64,000 nt of DNA from the human T2T-CHM13v2.0 reference genome, Homo sapiens. Position numbers and translations under genes: made by a program. The DNA lies in assembly GCF_009914755.1 (NCBI RefSeq), contig NC_060925.1, one strand, 5' to 3'. Shown one piece after another: positions 11,736 to 25,495 of this stretch. The number at the start of each line of letters is the position of its first letter. Position 1 is the first letter of the stretch. The notes beneath the pieces are model-generated. The model worked only from the letters and a program-made list of their open reading frames with translations, had not been told where the DNA came from and ran no database searches.

Positions 11736-13840
11736 CTATAAATGTACACTTCAGGAGTGACATTTGAAGTAAATAGAAGATAGCACCACAGTTATCATTG
11801 CTTTTATTTATGACAAAGTGCCTAGATTGTTACAATAAATTTATATGTGGCTGAGTTTTTAAAATAAAATATTTACCACTAGGGGTGCCAAACAAACTGT
11901 GGAAATTGCTATTACCGATGAGAATCTCCTAAGAAAATTAATTCTCTTGGTGATTTGGGTAGTTTCACATATACAAAACTGGCTTTAAATCTTATAAAAT
12001 TGGAAACTATTGGGTTTTAACATCAGTTCAGAAGACACATCACTCAATTTCTGTACCAAAAGCAAATTATTGCCCACTGCCTAACACAGTGCAAGAACGG
12101 AGCCAGCAATTTGAAGAGCTGAAACGTTGTAATGCATTCAGGTAATAAACGCTCAGTGAGAAATTGACATTTTCTTCAGAATCTCAGAATTATGAATTCC
12201 TTAGCTGAGGTGGCTTACTTTTTCTGGCTTTTTTTTTTTTTTTGGGTGAAAAGTGGATGAAGTAGGACAAAGATGGTAGGTGACAATTAACAAATCATGG
12301 TCCCTGTCCTCAACAGAGTTACCAGTTCCTCAAAGGGGGAAAGAAAGAGCAAGACACAAATGATTACAATTCAAGGACTAAGTGCCAAGAATTTGGGCAG
12401 TGAGCACATGGAAAACACAACTAACTTGATCTTTGAGGGCTAGGGGAATTCCTAAGGTATGCAGCATCTAAGCTGAGGCCTGAATAATCAGAAGTCTTCC
12501 CAGCAAAAAGTGGGTGAGAGAATTAAGCTGAAGGCATAGCATGTGCAAACTCATGGAGGAGGGAAAGGGGAAAGAGCATAGTAGGAAACTTTCAAAGAAA
12601 GTATTACCCTTCCACTGACAAATGGGGAATCTGAGGCTCATAAAAGTTAAGTGGCTTGCTCAAGTTCACACATCTAATAAGTATAGAACCCAAATCAAAT
12701 GCACATCTATTTGACTCTAAAGTCATCCCCTTTGTGAAGCATGATGATATCTTCTCTCATCACTTAGAAGTGCCCACACCATTTAATAGAGTGTTTCAAT
12801 AACATAGAAGCTAACATAACCGAGTGAGGGTGTAGCATCTACCAGGAAGCTGGAAGTATGATCTGTTACTATTAGATGAGAAACCCATAAAAAAGGCACT
12901 AGTCAGTTCAAAAAAAGGGGAAATTTAGGGTGCTAGTATTTTTTTTCTGGTGGATGTACAATTATTAAATGTATTGGGAAGTAGGAATATTTCAGAAGTA
13001 CGGAGACATCAGAGACTTGGATTTGAAATGAAGATGAATGTAGAAACGGCTAAAAGAAGGTTTCAGATTAAGTGCTCTGGGAGCCCAGAGGAAGGAAAGG
13101 TCCTTCTGCCTAGGAGGGGTTATGGGAGACTTCACCTGGGAAGTGGCCATTCATCTGGACCGTAAAGAATGTAGGTTCAGGAGACTGCTCCATTGCACCT
13201 AGACATTTTATAAATAGAAACATGAGATCCGAGTTTTCTTAATGAATAGTGAGACACTGATTAGAGGGAGAGTAGAAAGAAGATCATTGTAGACAGAAAG
13301 ATGTGAAGCTTTGGAATATGGATGGGTTTGGGAAGAGTAGAAGAGAAGTGAGATTGATGGATGAATTTGATTTTGGATATGTCAGGCTTTGGGAGAGTGA
13401 GCTTATATACTATAATAGAGCTGTCCTGGCAGTGGCTGGAGTTCTGGAGCTCAGATGAGAGATCTGGATTGGTGATTTAGATCTGGAGCCCATTTACATG
13501 GACATAATAGTTGCTGGATGGAGACCACCAACAGGAGAGAAAACAAAGAAGACTGAGGGCAGAATCTCAACCCTATTTCCTTGACCTCTGGATCAAGTTT
13601 TATATTTCTTCTTTAGTCCTTGTAGCTGAAGTGCTTGATACCCAGAAAATAGCCTGAAAATACTTACTGATTGGCTCATAACAATAACCAAATATGTAGT
13701 TGAAGATGATATTGGGACTGAGATCAGTTACTTGTTCTTTGGATCAGTTACTGGTTTCTTGGCTTCTGATCTACTTCTAATGACAAGACCCCTCAATCAC
13801 CATTCCTCTTTGGAAGCTGGTAATCATTGGCCCCTGGATC

Positions 13841-14160
13841 TTTTGTTTGTTTGTTTGTTTGTTTGTTTGTTTGAGATGGAGTCTCACTCATTCTGTCACC
13901 CAGGCTGCAGTGCAGTGGCGCGATCTCGGCTCACTGCAACCTTTGCCTCCCAGGTTCAAGATATTATTTTCTTGCCTCAGCCTCCCAAGTAGCTGAAATT
14001 ACAGGCATGCACCACCACTCCCAGCTAATTTTGATATTTTTAATAGAGATGGGGTTTCACCATTATGGCCAGGCCAGACTTGAACTCCTGACCACAGGTG
14101 ATCCACCTGCCTCAGCCTCCCAAAATGCTGGGATTACAGGCATGAGCCACCTGTCCAGCC
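13841..14160 (-). mobile_element. AluS (Sx/Sz-like) with (TTTG)n tail
   Basis: Reverse-complement dimeric Alu, from gagatggagtctcac to ggattacaggcatgagccac. Confidence 0.92.
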
Positions 14161-14887
14161 AGCCCCCGAATTTTTGTTTTCTACCTAGCACTCCAGCCCC
14201 CAAGCTCTCCTCCACCAAACCGAGCATCTCCTTAGGCACCCAGCTATCTCCAGGGAATCAGGAGCCACTATGTGGTGAAATACCATGGTGGAATTTCACA
14301 AGGAAAATCCATACCATGACCAGCATTCCAGAAAGCTCTTGGATCAACCCTTCCAGTACTTGAGGTCTGGACATAGGGACTCAGGAAGTGCAACTGTGGC
14401 TTTTTGACAGAAAAGGGAAGGGAACCTAGGATCCAGCTTTGAGATATGGCAAGTACAGAATAGCCAAGGGAGCCCTCAATTCCTAGACTAACCTAGGCCC
14501 CCATCTTGCCACTGTTTCCATGAGCATAGAAAGACAGAAAGTTTGGTGTAAACACCAGATAAGACCTGTGATGACCTCAGAGCTCTGGCCAAGAAGAAGG
14601 GGAAAGAGGAGCAGTGGACACTATCTAGATGATTAATCAACACCCCCAAAGCCTGTCCTATCCAGGTAATGTTTTGGGAGTAAGTCTTCCTATTTCCCAC
14701 TCATCCTTCCTACACAATTTCTGACTTGCAAGCCTGTGTTCACCTGGCTGTAGCTATGTAGGATTATAAATTATTGCCCTTTCATCCTATGAGGATACAA
14801 ACTTCTTGGGGGCCAGAACAAGGTTTTCATTTAGGAAGCATCTAGCACTGTGGGTCTCGGTCCATTCCCACTCCCAGACTGAACCTG

Positions 14888-15006
14888 GGAGAGGGAGGGT
14901 GTTGGAAAAAAGAGATGGAGAGAGGGAAGGAGAGATAGAGCTGGGGGAGGGGGGAAGAGAGACAGAGAGAAAGACAGAGGGAGAGAGAAAGAAAGAGAGA
15001 GACAGA
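14888..15006. repeat. GA-rich low-complexity tract
   Basis: gagagatgggagagagggaaggagagatagag...gagagagacaga. Confidence 0.8.
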
Positions 15007-16439
15007 TGGGCTTCCAACTAAGTCTGCTAGGTTAAGAGAGAAAATGGAATGGATAGACTAAAGGTTCTTCCAGGTGGAGACACTATCTGGGGGGTAATTT
15101 TCTCTTTTCTCTTTCTTACCCCAAATATTTTCCCCATAGCGAAGGTGAGAAGGCTGAGTACCCCATGCAGTCTTTCCACATGACTCTACCCACCACTGGG
15201 AAAAAGAGCCCTGCTATGAGCTGCCAACTGTGTGCCTCCACATCTCCTTACAAGAGCATTCACCACCACATTCTGTAGGCAGTTGGCTCAGGAGTGTTAG
15301 GCACAGAGACCCAGGAAATAAATGGCTTCCCTAAAGCAATGAAGCAGTTCAGCCCTACCAGAGAACCCCAGCACTGGGGGAGGGAGTTCAAGAGTGGACA
15401 GTGTCCCAGAGTTTCCCATGGAGCCCTGCACGCATTCCCATGCACGGCACCTGACCATGTGTGGACTAGGGGAGCCTCTGCAATGGCTGGGAACTAACGC
15501 TTTCCCAGCACCTACCATACAGACAATCAGGAGTCAAATGTTCACACCATCCTAGGGAAGCTGCCCGGGGAACTCCCAGACTTTTAAAATAGGGGTCTAG
15601 GCACAATGTGATACTCACAAGGCCCACAAAGAGAGTGAAGAGCAGAGAGCAGGCGTTGCCGACAGTAGTCAGACTTGCCTAATGGGCACTTCCTAAAAGT
15701 AGCCTAACTCAGGAAGGACAGCCACTTGTTAGGACATTGTGGGGGCATTCAAGCATTAGCTGGGTGGTTTCAGTAGATGACTTGTTTACTCCCTTCCAAG
15801 TGAGATAATGTGGGGTTGTGCTGGACTAATGGCTAAGAGGTTTACTTAGAAAGGACTATTGCAAGACTTGGGGCTTCTTTTCTGGGAAGTGGAGGAGGGA
15901 CTTCTTAAAAATGGCAGTGAATAAGCTGCTAAGTACTGGGTTAATTGTTTTAAAAGACAAAAATAAAAAGATGACCATGAGGATAGTGTAATTAAAATGC
16001 CTACCCTCACAAGGAGCTAGAGAAGGCCCTGTATCCCTAAAGCCAGGGCTGAGCTGGGTTCTGTCCCAGCCTGACTCAGCAGGACTTGGTGACCTCACTG
16101 CACCATAGGGATGATGTCTGGGAAAAGTTCTGGAGAGCCAGCTGCCTGCCACAGAGACAGGAAGGTTGGAGTTACAGGCAGGCACTGGCTGGAGGAGGGA
16201 GCATGAGAAAGTGGCCACAACAAGCAATGAGGAGCAAAAGGAACCTGGGTGGTGGGGGGACTTGCCTGAGCTGGAAAAAAAGGTGGATGGTTGTACAGCT
16301 CCAAGCTCTGCCAGTCCAGGAAGAGCCAGGATCTTCCTGCTACGTTAGTGGAATAGGTGGGAAGGGACCCTACCCCTGCCCCAAATCTCTCTCCTACTCT
16401 GGTCCCACAAGATAGTAAACACCTTTATGGTAAACTGTG

Positions 16440-16920
16440 ACAGCTAGCACTTTGCCTGCTGAATATCTCTCCCCAACCCATTTTTCTAGAATCGGAACCT
16501 GCCCATCCCCCACCCCAGGCAATAACCCGGATATTTGACCTAGGCCTGGCCAACAGAAGTTCCCCATTTCTCTAGACACAGTGATGGGTTCAGTGCACAT
16601 GTCCCAGGCAGGTCCAATCAGAATCTTTCTCAGAAATTAGGAAAGAGAAGCTCTCTTTCTAATGGGCTTCCCAAGTAGGGACCATGTAAGCCCAGAGTTC
16701 ACCACAGTCATCTTTCCTAGCTTTATGGCAGAATCCTATCCACAGTAACAAATAATGACATCAATACCCAGCAGGAAATAGAACAAATACAGAAAGAAAT
16801 GGAGTCCAGACAATGTTGTTTGAGCTCCTAGATCCACCTATCCCTGAACTCCTAGGTAGGAGAGCCAATGAGTGCTCCTCTGACTTAAGCTAATTTGTGT
16901 TAGGCTTTTGTCAAGCTGGC
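16440..16920 (+). mobile_element. Old ERVL-MaLR LTR (MLT1J/K/L-like)
   Basis: gacctaggcctggccaa...ggtccaatcaga...tttgagctcctagatcca...cttaagctaatttgtgttaggcttttgtca. Confidence 0.6.
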
Positions 16921-18295
16921 TTACCTTTTAAGTCTTTGAAAGTCCCTGGAAAAATTCAAATTCCCATTAGGTATATGCCTTGACCCAGGTGAGAAACACC
17001 TAAATGGGAACCCAAGAACCAATAGTTGCCTGGGTCCTGGGAGCAGAAGCAAGAGTGGAGAATGAGTTGGGCATTCAGAGAGGAAAAATAAACACTTCCT
17101 TCTCCATCATTCTGCTGGGGACAGGTACTGAGGCCCATGTGCTTTTCCTGGGGAGTGTGAAGAGAAGGTCCAGTGGAATTGTAAGGCAGCCATTGCTACA
17201 TCTGAATAGAAGACAGGGAGTCGTGGGGTGGGCCTACGCAAGAGTACACACTTGTTATGAAGCTTGTGTGCTTACTGTGCTTTCCAGCTGGAAAGGCACC
17301 GTACCCAGGGCCAGTTACTGCTGGCATCACGAGGCTCTGCTCCCTGCTTTGTGGAGTGCCTGCCTGGGTGAGGATGGCAGTCCCAGGCACCGTGTCCATC
17401 CGTGATAGACCTGTTTTCCTCCACCCCCGGCTCCCAGCATGGAACATCTCCTTTGAATACTTCTCAATCCTTTTGGCTCCTCTATGGGCACAGCTGGCTC
17501 AGAGGGCTCTGAGCAGCATCTTTCTATTCTGGGAAACTACAGCCACACGCCCGTGTGAGCAAGTTTGCACCATCACGCTCTGAGACCAGAGTCCTGCCCT
17601 TTCTCCTCCTCTGTGCCTCAAGCTTCTGCATGTAGTGTGCCTGGCCCACTGAACCCTGCCTGGGGAGGGTGGGGTGCTGAGTGATGGAATGCTAGCCAGG
17701 GAGGGATACGACTGAGCCCCAGCTCCCCAGCCTGCCTGCCAGCCAGCAGAATAGTTATCTACATCCAAGAGTGAGCCAGGCTTCCCACACTAAATTAGCA
17801 AGAGCAAAGCAGATGTCTCCCTTCAGTGCAGCAAAGGATTATATGGGATAGAGTCAGCTTATTTCCCCTTATGTTACAGATAAGGGCAAGTGTGGGGATC
17901 AGAGTAGCTGCCTTTCTGGCCCAGGACCACACCATGAGTGGGCAGACTAAGGTCAAAGCTGCACTCACCCCCAGCCTGGTTCTGCTCCTCCCTGGCTAAC
18001 CCAGGCAAGGTTTCCTTCCCCATAAACTTCTGACTCTCATTTTGCTCTTGGAGCTCTAGTATTCATTTCTTATGGCCTCTGAAGAAGGAATGAAGGCCAT
18101 ATTTTAGGTTTCATCTTCTTTTGTGTTGGCCATTTTAGAAACTTCACATTCTTGCCCTGTCTTCCCCCTTCCCCCCTGAGCCCACTCCCCTGTGGGAGAG
18201 CTCTGGTCTGAGACACTAAGCCCTCTTCTCTTCTCTAGATGTTCTCCCCTGCTGCAGTGCATACGAAGTTCCTCATCAGTAGCATAAGGGAGTTA

Positions 18296-18661
18296 ATGCA
18301 GTTTAATTGTTTGTGTCTCCTCCAAAATTCATGTTGAAACTTAATCCCCAATTTAACAGTATTAAAAAGTTTGGCTTTTAGGAGATGATTAGGCCACAAG
18401 GGCTCCACTTCCCTCATGGATGGGATTAGGACCCTTATAAAGGGGATGGAGACAGTGAGTTTGAACCCTTTTTGTTCTTGCATCCCTTCCACCATGTGAG
18501 GACAGCGAGCGAAAGGCTCTATCTTGGAGGCAGAGACTGAACCTCCCCGTGCTTTGATTTTGGGCTTTCCAGCCAACAGGGCTGTGAGAAATAAATTTCT
18601 ATTATTTATAAGTTACTCAGACTCAGGTATTTTACTATAGCAGCACTAACAGACTGAGACA
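18296..18661 (+). mobile_element. MaLR solo LTR (MSTD/MLT1A-like)
   Basis: tgtctcctccaaaattcatgttgaaacttaatcccc...ccatgtgaggacag...gtgagaaataaatttct...tatagcagcactaacagactgagaca. Confidence 0.85.
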
Positions 18662-18942
18662 GAGTGGAGGGGCCAGGCTCCTTGCTGGCTTGTCATACTG
18701 TGATCTCCCACCATCTTCAGCTTCTCAGCCTGAGTTCTGGCAGGTGAAACCTTCCCACCTGAGATGGTCAGGTTCACACCTCCCTCTCTTCAGCACTTAC
18801 ACTCACTGCAGGTGGCAGAGAATAATCGAGAAAGCATAGCTTCCTACACAGCCTGCCTGAGTTTGAATTCTCGCGCTGGCACTTACTCTCTGTAAGTTTA
18901 GAAAGTTACTCTCAGTTTTCTTGCGTGTAAATTGGAGATCGT

Positions 18943-19145
18943 CACCAGATGGGGTGGCACACACCTGTAGTCCCAGCTACAGGTGGGGAGAGGAACTGTG
19001 GGAAGGGGGTGAGGGTGAGGCAAGAAGGTTGCTTGAGCCCAGGAGTTCATGGCTGCTGTGCACTATGATCCTGTCTGTGAATATCCACTGCACTCTAGCC
19101 TGGGCAATATAGCAAGACCCCATCTCTAAAACAGATAAATAAATG
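18943..19145 (+). mobile_element. FAM (fossil Alu monomer) inserted in a MIR
   Basis: FAM-diagnostic ctatgatcctgtctgtgaatatccactgcactc (consensus ctatgatcgcgcctgtgaatagccactgcactcc); MIR sequence on both sides. Confidence 0.8.
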
Positions 19146-19779
19146 AATTTGATATTATAATCTTCCCTACTTCATAGGCCAGCTGTGCTAATTACATGAG
19201 TGCATTCGTGGAAAGCCCTGGGATGGCGCATTCTGCTGCAGAGTGCTTCATTCGTGCTAGCTGTTATTCAGCAAAGATTTTTGAATGCATATCAAAAGAA
19301 AAAACACCCTACCCTTGCTTTAACTTGAGTTGGTCCTGACTTTATGTGTAAACCTCCTTTTTGGGGTTAGCACCTGCCCCCTTGCCTCTTGCTCGGCTGA
19401 ACACCGATGGGACTCTATGGCTTTGGCTCTCTGGGGCTTTGTCAGGTTGTACCAAGAAACACCTCTGAGATGAAGGAGGTAGGAACCTAACCTGGGTTGT
19501 GGCAGAACTGGGTTTAAACTTCTGTTAAACCACTTAGTAGATGTGCAGCCTCTGGATAACTCCTTATCCCTCCATATCTCAATTCTTCCTTCTGAAAGAA
19601 GTGGTCATCATGGGGACCCCCTCTTGATGGCTTATCGATCAGAGGAAATCACAGATGAGTGTTGCAAAAGCAGTGTCCAAAAGGTGGTGGAAACTCAGCA
19701 GGGTGTCGAGGGTGAAGGTCTGTGGCATGTGCCCGATCCTGCTCCCTCCCCGCTCAAACGCTACCCCTCAAAGAGGTCT

Positions 19780-20005
19780 GTCCTGACATCCCCTCTAAAA
19801 ATGCCCTTCCCAAGGCCCTTCCCAGCACTATTTTTCTTAATACCCCCTAACACCAGCTGGCATTTTATATTTCATCCTTCCATTTGTTTATTGTCAAATT
19901 CTCCACTGCACTGACCCTCTCAGAGGGCAGGCCCTCTGCCTGAGTCTGGTTCCCAAAGCCTGAAGCAGTGCCTGGCTCATGTGGACATATTCAATAAATG
20001 TTGCC
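19780..20005 (+). mobile_element. L2 3' fragment
   Basis: gagggcagg...cagtgcctggctcatgtggacatattcaataaatgttg. Confidence 0.7.
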
Positions 20006-20719
20006 ACTTGAGAGTGTATTTTATATCCTAGTCATTTTTGGTTCCCTCATGGCATGTTTTACGGCAAGCGGCAAGGTTTTGAATCCAGCAGAACAGGATT
20101 TAAAACTTGCCTTTTCTACCTTAAGAAATGAACTCTGAGCTCCTGTTCGTCCTTTTGTAAAACAGAGAGAATAATATTTATACCACAGGGTTATCGTGAA
20201 GATTAACTGAGATGATGGTGTCTACAACAGTGACTGACACACAGGTAGCTCATGAAACCCTTGCTGAATTGATAAGTGCAGGAAGGAAAGATGGAATCAA
20301 CTCCCCCTTATCTGAGCCCCACCTGCCCCACCTTTCTTTCCTCGCTCACGTCCTCCTTCCTTCCCCTCCCCGAGGCTGGCACACTGGGGACCCTGCTGAT
20401 CCTGCAGCCACAGGCATCTGTCTCTCTGCGTTCCTGCTGGCAGCAGCAATCTGGATCAGCATTGGAAATTATGACCCTTTGAAGAAAGGGTCAGCCACTA
20501 TTTTAGCTCAAGTGCCACAAATAGGAAACAAATTTTGCCAGAGGCACCAGAGTGGCTGAAGGAACATTTTTCCAATTTTCACAAAGGCATCACCAATACC
20601 CATTGGAACTTTGGCTTTATGTTTGGTTTTTTCTATAAGGCCACTAATATTCACTTCCTGTATCTCTTTTTTCCTTTTTTCCAATCTATGCAAAGTCATC
20701 TTCCTTCTTCTTGCTTCTA

Positions 20720-21037
20720 TTTTTTTTTTTTTTTTTTTTTTTTTTTGAGACAGAGTCTCGCTCTGTCACCAGGCTGGATGGAGTGCAGTGGCACAATCTC
20801 TGATCACTGCAACCTCCGCCTCCCTGGTTCAAACAATTCTCCTGCCTCAGCCTCCTGAGTAGCTGGGACTACAGGCACACGCTGCCATGCCCAGCTAATT
20901 TTTTTTTTTTGTATTTTAGTAGAGATGGGGTTTCACCATGTTGCCCAGGCTGGTCTTGAACTCCTGAGCTCAGGCAATCTGCCCGCCTCGGCCTCCCAAA
21001 GTGCTAGGATTACAGGCATGAGCCACCATGCCCAGCC
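20720..21037 (-). mobile_element. AluS, full length
   Basis: Reverse-complement dimeric Alu with poly(T); TSD tcttgcttcta (20709-20719) / tctcacttcta (21038-21048). Confidence 0.93.
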
Positions 21038-22813
21038 TCTCACTTCTATTTTTATACCTCTCCTTTTTTTCGGCTTTTGTCCTTTTCTTCTTTCCTTAAG
21101 AAGCAAGCCTCCTTGCGCTAGTCTCAGTGCCTTCTCTCACTGGTCCCTTACTCCCAACCCCATCTTCCTTGCTCTGCGGGTGGACAGAATATGGTAAGAT
21201 TTCAGTATCTGGACATAGGAGGAGATAGAAGGCCCAACATTGTTAGGCTTACATCACTGGGGAAAATTGATCCTACTGGTCTCCGTCCCTCTCTTTTCAA
21301 GCTGTCAGAGTGAAAGCACTGGGTTATCCCTGCCACACAATTTTCTCCATTATCCTGTTAGTAAGTAGAAAGAACTACACAGTTAGAACAAATACAAAGA
21401 CAATGTACTCTGTGGGGCTTCTGAAAGAAGGCATCAGGGTTGTTGGGTCTGGGCTAGTTTGATTTCATAGTCTTCTCAGCCCCATCCAAGAGTCAATCTG
21501 TAAGACTTCTGTAAACCACACACAGGCAGCTCACAGAGCACAGGCTCTAATCTTGGTGTTCAACCAGGGACCTACCACTCTCCCTAGGGTCAGTCACCCT
21601 ACCCTTCATCATTCATATATAGCCTCTTGAGTTTACATTTTCTCTTCTGTCAGATGAGAATAATAATCTCTACTCAGCTCTGCACCCTTTACAGCGTGTT
21701 CTGGGGAACAAATGTGAGGCTGCAGGCTCTAGGCATTTGGAAAAAGGGTAGGGAGGGGCTTCAGAAAAAGTCTGTAAATGCATCCTGCTTTCTTCCCTGT
21801 TAACACGGTTAAGTGGAGGCCCAGATCACATTTTTTTCTTTTTTCTTTTTTTCTTTTTTTGCAAATTTGAGGAAAGCCCAGATTCAGAGGAGCAAGTCCC
21901 ATCTGAGACGGAGTATTTTCTCACTTGGAATAGCAGAGTTGGAAGGTGTCAACTCAACAGCTCAAGTCAGATTTTGAATACACTTGGCCTCAAGGCAAGC
22001 TATTCCTTCCTGTATCAGCATCCCAGCTTCACACATCCCATCTGAGCTGAGCCAGGGCTGGATCTCAGAAGACACACGCTCCTGGGGCCTTTGCTCAGTC
22101 TGAAGTCAGGGGCCTAGCCTTTGTCAGAATGTGATATGGTGCTGGGTGCCTTGAAGTGACTGGAGTCCATGGTACTGTGAACCTGAACGTGTCAGCCACT
22201 TAGGAGTAATCCAGAGAAACCTTTTTCTTACAAAGGACAAGCTGAGTGGCCCTGGATTTTACAAAATGAAAAGTGTTTTAAATGACACAGATATTTAGGT
22301 TAAAGGAGAAAGTTAGAGGAAGATATATTAGGGGAATATATACATGCACATATACAAATGAATACATTATTATGAGCCAGGCATTGTGCTAAGCACTTTA
22401 CATGCTAGATTTCATTAATTTAAATGCTTAAGAAGAAAAATGGAGGAAAAGAGTTGTCTAAGTCGCTGAGAGCATACATTTATCCTGTACCACAGAATGA
22501 AGATGAATGAAAAGCCCTGGTAAGAAAGTCGGTAAAAGGATCCTACACAGAGACCATTTTTAGTCTGGGCTGCTAGCCAGAGGTATCTAGAAGAAAGGAA
22601 ATAATGAACTTGTAGAATGTCAGAGCTGGAAAGAGCCTCAAAAATGCATCTTGTCTAACTACCGTCTGTTCCATCTTACAGATGAGGCTAACGAGGTCCA
22701 AAGAAGGGAAGTGGCATACCCACCGTGACACAGTTGGTCGGATCCAGTGCCCACTCCTCGGCCAGAGATCTTTCAGAAAAATCTAACAGGGTCCTCAGTC
22801 TCCTACCAGCTAG

Positions 22814-22936
22814 ATTTTTTTTAAATGACTGTTCTTATGTTGCCCAAGCTGGTCTCAAACGCCTTGGCTCAAGCAATCCTCCTATCTCAGCCTGCTGAGT
22901 AGATGGGACTACAGGCACACAACCCTGCGCCTGTCA
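22814..22936 (-). mobile_element. FLAM-like Alu monomer
   Basis: Single monomer tatgttgcccaagctggtctcaaac...gggactacaggcac; flanks agctagatttt / agccagatttt. Confidence 0.75.
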
Positions 22937-25164
22937 GCCAGATTTTTAAGTCACCATATTTCGTGGACCAGAAAAGTCATCTGTCCTGGAGTGTTGTACA
23001 TGTCTCTGCTATTCACTTGTTAACCTGTGAATGAGTAATCGCCATGTGTTGCCATTGCCACGCATCACATAAAAAGTCTCTTTTTGCTGATGCCCAGGCT
23101 TACCAATCCAGCACTAGAAGTGATGTGCCCTCCTTGGCTTGCTAATGCATCTGCTTATGGAGCCAGCCAGCCAGCTTCATCCTGGATTACGGTCCCAATG
23201 TCTTTATTGAGGTCTGGCCCCTAAGCGCAAGAAAGCCAGGCTTGGCATCTGCCATTTGAACCTGTTTGTGTTTCTTGGGACCTTAGATTCACAGGACATT
23301 CAAGCTGATAGAGAGCCCATGTGGTATCTGGCTCAACCCCACCAATTATAGAGCAGCAAGATGACTTGCCCAAAAGTGGCACAACTAGTTAAAAGCTGTG
23401 ATGCCAGTGCCTCTGCTCACTTCCTATAGGAAAGTACTAGTGTTGATTATGGTCATGTACTAGTATAGATCACTAGTACCAATGGATACTGGGAGAGTGT
23501 CACTGCTGGGACCACAGTATGAGGAGAGAGGAGTGGCAGGAAAGAGCATCATCCATGCAGCCGGATGCTTGTGCACTGCACACCTGGTCAGGGAGGCTGC
23601 AAGAGCTCTGCTTCCTTGCATTTGCCCAGAGAAACACTTTCCACTGTACAACTCATTTACATCTCATTTGACCTTTAGGAAGGACACAGAACAATAATTC
23701 TCAGCTCCACTTCCCAATAAGGTTGTACAGGCTCAAAGATAAATAATTGATATCAAATAACAATATGATTTAAGTTTAATATAAATAATAAATGATAATA
23801 ATATAGTATCAAATAATTGACTATGTTCACACAGCAAGTAAGTTATGGAGACTGAGGTCCCATATCTCTAGGGGTGCGCTTCCTACACAATAATAGCCTT
23901 GATAATAAATGACACTTATTTAGCATTTACCAGGTGCCTCTCACTGTCATTCTAAGCTACACAAACATATATATATGTATATATGTATGTATACGTAACT
24001 TCTCATTCATTCTTCGTAACAGCCTTTTTAACGTAGGTACCCATTTCATAGACAAGAATATCAAGAGGTTAAAACAAAGTTCAAACCAAAACCATATTCA
24101 AATAGCAATACTTTGTTCAGGGATTTCAGCTCGTGGAATCTGCCCAAGACTCAATGCTCTTGAATCACCAGTTGTAGGCAGAACTTTCCTTCCCTCATTG
24201 CCTTCCACCCAACCAAACACACACACTGTCTCTTCATTCCAAAAAGGAGCTAAACTAAAGCCCAGAAGTTCCATGAACTTTTTGTTCCTGGGTTGCCCAG
24301 GATCTCTCATTTTAAGCTTAATAATAGCAAGAGGAAACCTCTGGGTGCGGCGGCAGCACTTGCTGGGCTGCACAGCCTGGGCGAGCATGTCCTGAGAGTG
24401 GGGAGGCGGCAGGCCGCTCCAAGAGCGCCTCCAGAGGCCGAGCAAGGAAGTGGCAGGGCCCAAGGCTCCTGCAGCATGGGCGAGATGGGGATGCGCTTAA
24501 ACAACAGTGATATTAAGAGAGTTTGACTCGAATCTAGAAAGCAATAAACTGAAATCTTTAAATCCATATAATGCCCCACAATCAAAAACCAAATTATCTG
24601 GTATCAAGGGCAACTGAGTAGATAGTAAGTACAGGCAAGGAACGGGTGGGTGGTGGAGTGAAAAATCCAGGGTGGAAAGAACATGCCAGTCAACAGGTGG
24701 GAGAGAGAAAAAGCAGGATAAACAGAGGATTTGCAAGAATGCCCAGGAGAGAAAATGAGATATTTGAGTAGAGCCGAGCTGCAGGATGGGGGTGGGATCG
24801 GCGTTTGCTTCCTCAGCACAGCATGATCAGAGGGTGCTAGCCTCAGGGACAGCGGGCTCCATGTTCTGCTTCTCCAGGTCTGGGATTCTGTCACCACAGG
24901 GAAGAGCTTTTTCAGGAAAGGCATACTGGAGGGACATGTATCCTGTGATCGCTGTCAAGAGTGTGGTGCCATCCCTAAGGAGAGGCTAGAAATCAAAATT
25001 ATAGCTTTAAAAATTGAAAAAAAATTATTTTCATTTCTATCTATTTCCAGGTCACTAAGTCCAATAATAGGATCATTCACTTCTCAATCATGCTCAACCC
25101 CAGGCATCTGCTCAGTTCATATGTCTGCAGAATGGAAGAAATATGCAACCTGAATATCTACTAA

Positions 25165-25495
<331 letters not shown>

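Noticed and set aside
13732-14363. Alu-derived ORFs (also near 20535, 25234, 33952, 41082, 60676)
   Set aside because: Typical antisense Alu translations, not genes.
23434-23480. Three ACTAGT palindromes within 45 bp
   Set aside because: 6-mers with no consistent unit or spacing; cannot be distinguished from chance.
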